This document shows, piece by piece, positions 1-4,013 of a stretch of DNA of 5,714 bases. A program made the translations under genes and the position numbers. The notes under the pieces were generated by a model that saw nothing but the letters and a program-made list of their open reading frames with translations, had not been told where the DNA came from and made no database searches. Source of the stretch: a virus; the IMG/VR virus record IMGVR_UViG_3300045988_000736, positions 1 to 5,714 of that record; one strand, written 5' to 3'. Position 1 is the stretch's first letter, and each line of letters starts with the position of its first letter.

Positions 1-47
1 ACCGGGAAATGCCAATCTACAGTATCCCGGGCATCGAAAGAATTTAA
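1..47 (+). CDS. 3' terminal fragment of the major capsid protein gene (duplicate of 5620..5666 due to terminal redundancy; ...YREMPIYSIPGIERI*)
   Basis: Same frame and sequence as the end of ORF 4005..5666; stop TAA at 45-47. Confidence 0.85.
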   Translation, partial: REMPIYSIPGIERI

Positions 48-95
48 AAAATGTACAAAACACACAAAAAAGAAAGCTGAAACAACAAAAAAAAT
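1..95. repeat. 95-nt terminal direct repeat. It is identical to 5620..5714, so the window wraps around a circular (or terminally redundant) genome with a 5619-nt unit length
   Basis: Base-by-base comparison of window start and end: accgggaaatgccaatctacagtatcccgggcatcgaaag...aaaaaaat occurs at both 1-95 and 5620-5714. Confidence 0.95.
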
Positions 96-130
96 TACAA
101 AAGCTTTCTGCAGAAAAGAAGAAAGGAGAA

Positions 131-157
131 AGCCGGGCAAAGACCCGGCTATTTTTT
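131..157 (+). terminator. Rho-independent terminator-like hairpin downstream of VP1. 7-bp GC-rich stem AGCCGGG/CCCGGCT, 6-nt loop, followed by ATTTTTTAA
   Basis: Inverted repeat 131-137/144-150 followed by T6 run 152-157, located 84 nt after the VP1 stop. Confidence 0.6.
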
Positions 158-158
158 A

Positions 159-1049
159 ATGGGTACACTTTTATCATGGATGCCGTACATCATGCAGGGG
201 CTTAGCCTGCTAACAAGCGTTGCAATGAGCTCAAACCAGAGCAGTGCAACAAGCAGTCAGAAAGCCGGAGAAGAAACAACCAGCGGAAGCGAAACAACAA
301 CCGGAAGTCTGACAGCACCACAACAAATTGGCACAACACAGATTGGAACACCAACAGGCATCACCACATACAACAATCAGGGTAGCGTAAACACGGCAAA
401 CGGCATGAGCTTTTTAAGCTCTATTATCAGTAATCTGATGAACGCAGGAAGCCAAGCAAGCGCAAAAAAGTACAACTCCGCAGAAGCAGCAGCAGAAAGA
501 GCATTCGCAAAGGAAATGCGCGGCACAGCATATCAGGACACTGTAAAGGACATGATCGCGGCGGGCATCAATCCAATACTAGCGGCAAACAACGGCGCTA
601 CAGCAACGCCAAGCGGAGCAAGTGCAAGCATCGGAACACAGCACTACAACCAGCAGAGCGCACAAGCGGCGGCAGTGTCAGCGATGTATGAATACGGCAA
701 TAACACGGCAGAGCTAGCAAACAGATACCTCGAACTAGCAAAAAAAAGCACAAGCGCAAAGCAATACCATTCTGCAAAGAGCTTTAATGAAGCAGCAAGC
801 AGTTTAGCACAATCAAGCGCAAAACAGGTAAGTAATTACAACTATGCGGCAAACAACTTGCTCGACGAGCTGGGAGACGCAGGAGACAAGCTAAGAGACG
901 CAGGAGACAAAGCAGCCGAATCAGCAAAAGGCGCAGGCAGAAAAGCAGCATCGGCCTTTAAAGACAGTTGGGAAAAAGGCGGAAAAAACATCACACCATA
1001 TCCGTCAATCAATCCTAATCAGATAATGGGCGCGTATAGAGGAGATTAA
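159..1049 (+). CDS. VP2-like minor capsid / DNA pilot protein (296 aa)
   Basis: ATG 159, long ORF directly downstream of VP1 as in gokushovirus synteny. Low-complexity A/S/Q/N/T/G-rich protein with the motif YQDTVKDMIAAGINPILAA, which resembles the conserved AG(L/I)NP region of microvirus pilot proteins. No SD directly upstream (see findings). Confidence 0.6.
   Translation: MGTLLSWMPYIMQGLSLLTSVAMSSNQSSATSSQKAGEETTSGSETTTGSLTAPQQIGTTQIGTPTGITTYNNQGSVNTANGMSFLSSIISNLMNAGSQASAKKYNSAEAAAERAFAKEMRGTAYQDTVKDMIAAGINPILAANNGATATPSGASASIGTQHYNQQSAQAAAVSAMYEYGNNTAELANRYLELAKKSTSAKQYHSAKSFNEAASSLAQSSAKQVSNYNYAANNLLDELGDAGDKLRDAGDKAAESAKGAGRKAASAFKDSWEKGGKNITPYPSINPNQIMGAYRGD
874..911 (+). repeat. Tandem ~21-bp direct repeat inside VP2 (gagacgcaggagacaa x2), encoding DAGDKLR/DAGDKAA
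   Basis: Copy 1 at 874-890, copy 2 at 895-911. Confidence 0.7.
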
Positions 1050-1051
1050 GT

Positions 1052-1225
1052 TTTCAACAGTTTCAACAGTTTCAACAGGTTTTCAACAAAGAAAACACAA
1101 AAAAAATTGGCCGTAAACGAACTTTCAACAGTTTCAACAAATTTTCAACAAAACTTTCAACAAAAAAGAAGGTGATAAATATGCGTATCAACGCTAAAAA
1201 TTAGACATTTCAACAGTTTAAACAG
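1052..1225. repeat. Iteron-like array of about 10 copies of the 9-bp motif TTTCAACA(G/A). Copies start at 1052, 1061, 1070, 1081, 1123, 1132, 1143, 1155 and 1208, plus a degenerate TTTAAACAG at 1217. Spacing within clusters is mostly 9-12 bp
   Basis: Direct reading of the VP2-Rep intergenic region; copies form clusters 1052-1089, 1123-1163 and 1208-1225. Confidence 0.85.
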
Positions 1226-1361
1226 GCCCTACTTCTACTACTACAACAAGTAATATATAGAACAAATCAAAATAAAAGCCCTTCCGCACAAAGTTAAGGT
1301 TTCCCAGCACAGGGACACCAAAGAGAAGAGCATAAAGAATAAAAGTATGCAGAGTAGAACG

Positions 1362-1390
1362 GGGGCCGTCAAACTACCGTTGACGGCCCC
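1362..1390 (+). other. Perfect hairpin: 11-bp stem GGGGCCGTCAA/TTGACGGCCCC with 7-nt loop
   Basis: Inverted repeat 1362-1372 / 1380-1390. Confidence 0.8.
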
Positions 1391-1392
1391 TT

Positions 1393-1426
1393 TGCGACAG
1401 CGTCCCCTAGCGCGGGGACTGTCGCA
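1393..1426 (+). other. Hairpin with 13 bp (TGCGACAG[CG]TCCCC / GGGGACTGTCGCA), a 2-nt bulge and a 6-nt loop
   Basis: Inverted repeat 1393-1407 / 1414-1426. Confidence 0.75.
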
Positions 1427-1443
1427 TCGATAGATACTAATGT

Positions 1444-1482
1444 ATTGCGCGCACGCGCGCGAAACGCGCACGCGCACGCAAT
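1444..1482 (+). other. Imperfect GC-rich hairpin (15 of 18 bp, AAA loop). It is built from two 15-nt strictly alternating purine-pyrimidine (CG/CA)n tracts and is Z-DNA-prone
   Basis: ATTGCGCGCACGCGCGCG-AAA-CGCGCACGCGCACGCAAT; alternating Pu/Py 1447-1461 and 1465-1479. Confidence 0.65.
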
Positions 1483-1548
1483 TTAAATCAAAAACGAAAG
1501 AGAGGTGTCAACTGGCGCAAGATAGACAAGTAAGCTTGCGCCAAACCT

Positions 1549-2544
1549 ATGCCATGTACAAATCCGAATGTTTTCCAGATGAACACGAAAAAACCAACCA
1601 TGTGGGGAAGCCTAAACTACCTAAAGAAACAGAACCTAGAACAAACCATCATGGACGGCGTAAAAAAAGGAAACCTCGCATTATTGCCATGCGGAAAATG
1701 TGAATACTGCCGAAAACAGATAGCAGACCAATGGGCAACGAGAATAGAACTAGAGGCACAAAAATGGAAAGATGTGATTTTCGTTACAATGACCTACGAC
1801 GAAGAACACATACCATACGGCGAGATTGTAAAAGGCTATCAAAGCATCCAATCACAAACAGTAAGCAAAAGAGACGTACAACTATTTTTAAAACGTCTCA
1901 GAAAAGCATACAAAAAGCCGATAAAATACTTCATAGCAGGAGAGTACGGAGACAGAACAAAAAGACCACACTACCACGGTATTTTTTTTGGACTAAAACC
2001 AGAGGATGGAGTATGGTACAAAAACCAGAAAGGCAACGCATACTTTAAAAGCGAATGGCTCACAAACCTATGGGGAAAAGGCTTTGTAGACTTTTCACCA
2101 GCGGCACCGGGTTCATATGCATACGTGGCACAGTACGTCAATAAAAAAGCAATCGGCGCAGAGCAGAGCGCAAAATACTGGATGCAAGGCCGTGAACCAG
2201 AGTTTAGAATCATGTCAAAAGGCATCGGGGAAGAGTACCTAAAAGAGCACATGAACGAGATACTAGAAACCGACAACATCACATGTGCAGGAGGACGGCA
2301 GAAAAGACCGCCAAGATACTTTGATAAGCTTCTTGATAAGGATACCAACAAAGACACTGAAAGCTATTTTAAGGCACATTCTGACGAGCTGAGAGCGGTA
2401 AGAGCCAAAAGACGAAGAAACGCAGTGCTTAGCCTTGTAAACTTAGAGCAAAACACCAGTGTTCCATACTCAAAATACCTAGAGATACAAAAAGAAAAAG
2501 ACAAGCAAAAACAAAAGTGGAGAGAGCCAAAAGAAACCTTATAA
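1549..2544 (+). CDS. Rolling-circle replication initiation protein (Microviridae VP4 / gene A-like, 331 aa)
   Basis: Zn-finger-like PCGKCEYCR near the N-terminus. RCR motif I FVTMTYDEEH, motif II PHYHGIFFG (HUH) and motif III YVAQYVNKK (catalytic Tyr pair). The exact start is uncertain (in-frame ATGs at 1549, 1579, 1600 and 1651), and none has a canonical SD. Confidence 0.9.
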   Translation: MPCTNPNVFQMNTKKPTMWGSLNYLKKQNLEQTIMDGVKKGNLALLPCGKCEYCRKQIADQWATRIELEAQKWKDVIFVTMTYDEEHIPYGEIVKGYQSIQSQTVSKRDVQLFLKRLRKAYKKPIKYFIAGEYGDRTKRPHYHGIFFGLKPEDGVWYKNQKGNAYFKSEWLTNLWGKGFVDFSPAAPGSYAYVAQYVNKKAIGAEQSAKYWMQGREPEFRIMSKGIGEEYLKEHMNEILETDNITCAGGRQKRPPRYFDKLLDKDTNKDTESYFKAHSDELRAVRAKRRRNAVLSLVNLEQNTSVPYSKYLEIQKEKDKQKQKWREPKETL

Positions 2545-2609
2545 CCAATAAAACAGAACGCCTGCAGCGGGCAAGTGTGCGCAACGTCAAAATTTTTCAA
2601 CGAAAAACC

Positions 2610-2638
2610 TTGACTTTTGCACACACTGACAATATAAT
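2610..2638 (+). promoter_or_regulatory. Near-consensus sigma70-type promoter: -35 TTGACT (2610-2615), 17-bp spacer, -10 TATAAT (2633-2638). Predicted TSS is about 2645
   Basis: Read directly from the sequence. Located 30 nt upstream of an AAGGAGG SD and the first gene of the small-gene/peptidase/VP1 block. Confidence 0.65.
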
Positions 2639-2668
2639 AAAACCAGAACGCAAAAAGGAGGTAACACA

Positions 2669-2785
2669 ATGGCACATAGAAGCGGCGCAGGACGTGGAGA
2701 CCAGCGGAAATTTACGCAGACCGCAAAGCGGACGAAAAACATCAACGTCCGACCGAAGGTCAGCCGGGGCGGCATCCGGCTGTAA
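2669..2785 (+). CDS. 38-aa highly basic arginine-rich peptide MAHRSGAGRGDQRKFTQTAKRTKNINVRPKVSRGGIRL. It is a candidate DNA-binding/packaging protein (phiX174 J / gokushovirus ORF8-VP5 analog). It is not in the supplied ORF track because it is short
   Basis: Perfect SD AAGGAGG (2655-2661) 7 nt upstream of ATG 2669; net charge about +10; first ORF after the strong promoter. Confidence 0.55.
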   Translation: MAHRSGAGRGDQRKFTQTAKRTKNINVRPKVSRGGIRL

Positions 2786-2819
2786 CATTCAAAATAGAAC
2801 AATGAAAGGAGGTGAACAA

Positions 2820-2927
2820 ATGGACTTTAATGAAAGCATGAACATTTTTCTGAAAATCCTCGCAATGCTGGATAAGATTTACCACGCAATTGTGAAGGAA
2901 GAGGAAGAGACTGAAGAGGAGGAGTAA
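2820..2927 (+). CDS. 35-aa peptide MDFNESMNIFLKILAMLDKIYHAIVKEEEETEEEE. It has an amphipathic helix plus a poly-Glu C-tail and is translationally coupled to the downstream peptidase
   Basis: SD AAAGGAGGTG (2805-2814) 5 nt upstream of ATG 2820. The TAA stop (2925-2927) sits 1 nt before the peptidase ATG, and its GAGGAGGAG codons form the peptidase SD. Confidence 0.45.
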   Translation: MDFNESMNIFLKILAMLDKIYHAIVKEEEETEEEE

Positions 2928-2928
2928 G

Positions 2929-3324
2929 ATGTCACGTGAAGAATACAGCTTATTTAATCAGAGCACCCACCAAATAAGTGAACACTTCAAAGTTAGAGAA
3001 TTTGCACAAAAAGACTTCCAATGCGACAAGGTAATTGTAGACACGGAACTTATAAACGTTTTGGAAGATATACGCGCACATTTCAACAAACCTGTGATTG
3101 TAACCTCTGGATACCGGACACCGGAATACAATGCAAAAATCGGCGGTGTAAAAAACTCACAACACACAAAGGGAACAGCGGCTGATATCAAAGTATCTGA
3201 AGTTCCGGCAAGATGGATACAAAAGTATCTAAAAGACAAATATCCGAATAAATACGGCATCGGAAGTTATTTAACTTTCACACACATCGACATAAGAGCT
3301 AAAAAAGCACGTTGGAGGGGCTAA
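2929..3324 (+). CDS. Peptidase M15 family (M15_3 / VanY-like D-Ala-D-Ala or L-Ala-D-Glu peptidase fold) cell-wall hydrolase, 131 aa. Putative endolysin or entry-associated peptidoglycan hydrolase
   Basis: Motifs SGYRTPEYN, SQHTKGTAADI (His...Asp zinc ligands) and FTHIDIR (second His); SD GAGGAGGAG 5 nt upstream of ATG 2929. Confidence 0.85.
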   Translation: MSREEYSLFNQSTHQISEHFKVREFAQKDFQCDKVIVDTELINVLEDIRAHFNKPVIVTSGYRTPEYNAKIGGVKNSQHTKGTAADIKVSEVPARWIQKYLKDKYPNKYGIGSYLTFTHIDIRAKKARWRG

Positions 3325-3327
3325 AAA

Positions 3328-3582
3328 ATGACACTGAAATTCTACAGTTTTCATGATGCAATCACGAATGGATACAGCAGTCCTTTCTTACAGCAAAACA
3401 GGGCGCAGGCAATCCGCACAGCAAAGTGGAAGGCAAACGAATCAAAACTGCAGGAAATCGAGGACATCAGCCTGATGGAGCTGGGCGACTTCAACACCGA
3501 AACCGGCGAAATGTTCGGAGCGAAACCGAACCAGCTGTGCAAGCTGGTAGACCTTAAGGAGACATACAATGTTAAATCCTAA
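3328..3582 (+). CDS. Hypothetical protein, 84 aa (MTLKFYSFHDAITNGYSSPF...)
   Basis: SD GGAGGGG (3314-3320) 7 nt upstream of ATG 3328; overlaps the peptidase stop; no recognisable domain. Confidence 0.6.
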   Translation: MTLKFYSFHDAITNGYSSPFLQQNRAQAIRTAKWKANESKLQEIEDISLMELGDFNTETGEMFGAKPNQLCKLVDLKETYNVKS

Positions 3583-3988
3583 CATTCTGGTACGGTACTA
3601 CGGAGTACCAACCGAAAGAGTGACAAGCAAAACCGGCAGCGAAACCGCACCAACGTGGAAAGCGGTAAAGCGACCGAACGGAACAACGGACTACATCCGA
3701 CAACCGGACGAAAATGTATACGAAAAAATTCAGAAAGCGGGCGAGGGATACGACCTTGCAAGCGCAATCGCGAGACTGGAAGCCGGAGATTTTTCCATCA
3801 AAGCAAAGAGCACAATCTACACCGAGGGCACACCACTGGAAAACCTGCCTAAGGACATCGTAAACATGCACGAAACGGCACAGAAGGCAGCGGAAACGCT
3901 GGAAGAGCTGAAACAGACACAGCAGACCGAACAGCCGAAGCCGGAAGAAAAAAAGAAAGAGGTGAAGCAGAACGAACCGGAACAGTGA
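3569..3988 (+). CDS. Hypothetical protein, 139 aa, with a charged K/E-rich C-terminal tail. It is a candidate internal scaffolding (VP3-like) protein by size and its position immediately upstream of VP1
   Basis: SD AAGGAG (3556-3561) 7 nt upstream of ATG 3569. It overlaps the preceding ORF by 14 nt in another frame. The functional assignment rests only on position and size. Confidence 0.65.
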   Translation: MLNPNILVRYYGVPTERVTSKTGSETAPTWKAVKRPNGTTDYIRQPDENVYEKIQKAGEGYDLASAIARLEAGDFSIKAKSTIYTEGTPLENLPKDIVNMHETAQKAAETLEELKQTQQTEQPKPEEKKKEVKQNEPEQ

Positions 3989-4013
3989 AAGCCATTTCGC
4001 GCAAGTGCCGCGA

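Noticed and set aside
71-109. 8-bp inverted repeat AGAAAGCT/AGCTTTCT with a 23-nt A-rich loop after VP1
   Set aside because: The loop is too long and the stem AT-rich; probably not a stable structure.
1052-1225. Interpretation of the TTTCAACAG repeats as DnaA boxes or as a CRISPR array
   Set aside because: The 9-mer does not fit the DnaA consensus TTATNCACA. The repeats are only 9 bp, abut each other without unique spacers of CRISPR size, and there are no cas genes, so this is not CRISPR.
1440-1703. 87-aa + strand ORF overlapping the Rep 5' end
   Set aside because: It starts inside the (CG)n hairpin and has no RBS. It overlaps Rep in another frame and is a K/R-rich low-complexity product typical of alternate frames of A-rich sequence.
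1731-2048. 105-aa arginine/lysine-rich ORF embedded in Rep (+1 frame); possible phiX174 B/K-style overlapping gene
   Set aside because: No SD or promoter. Its composition is explained by the A-rich frame shift. It is kept only as a low-probability possibility that needs comparative (synonymous-site constraint) analysis.
2545-2600. Possible terminator between Rep and the strong promoter (CTGCAG / GCGC-rich segment)
   Set aside because: I could not find a clean stem-loop followed by a T tract; there are only short palindromes (CTGCAG).
2517-2927. 136-aa + strand ORF (GTG start) spanning the Rep-peptidase interval
   Set aside because: It begins with GTG inside the Rep 3' end and has no RBS. 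It reads straight through a near-consensus promoter and two ideal SD sequences, each of which serves a short ORF (2669-2785 in another frame, 2820-2927 in the same frame). Its length is an artefact of the T-poor strand.
3655-3852. 65-aa alt-frame + ORF inside the 139-aa gene; likewise 5159..5371 inside VP1
   Set aside because: No translation signals; basic low-complexity artefacts of the T-poor strand.
4005-4013. GTG at 4005 as the VP1 start (as in the ORF track)
   Set aside because: An in-frame ATG at 4014 gives the N-terminus MERPRSKFDRG..., closer to typical gokushovirus VP1 starts. The GTG lies in the loop of the start-site hairpin with no SD. It is not excluded, and the call needs N-terminal sequencing.
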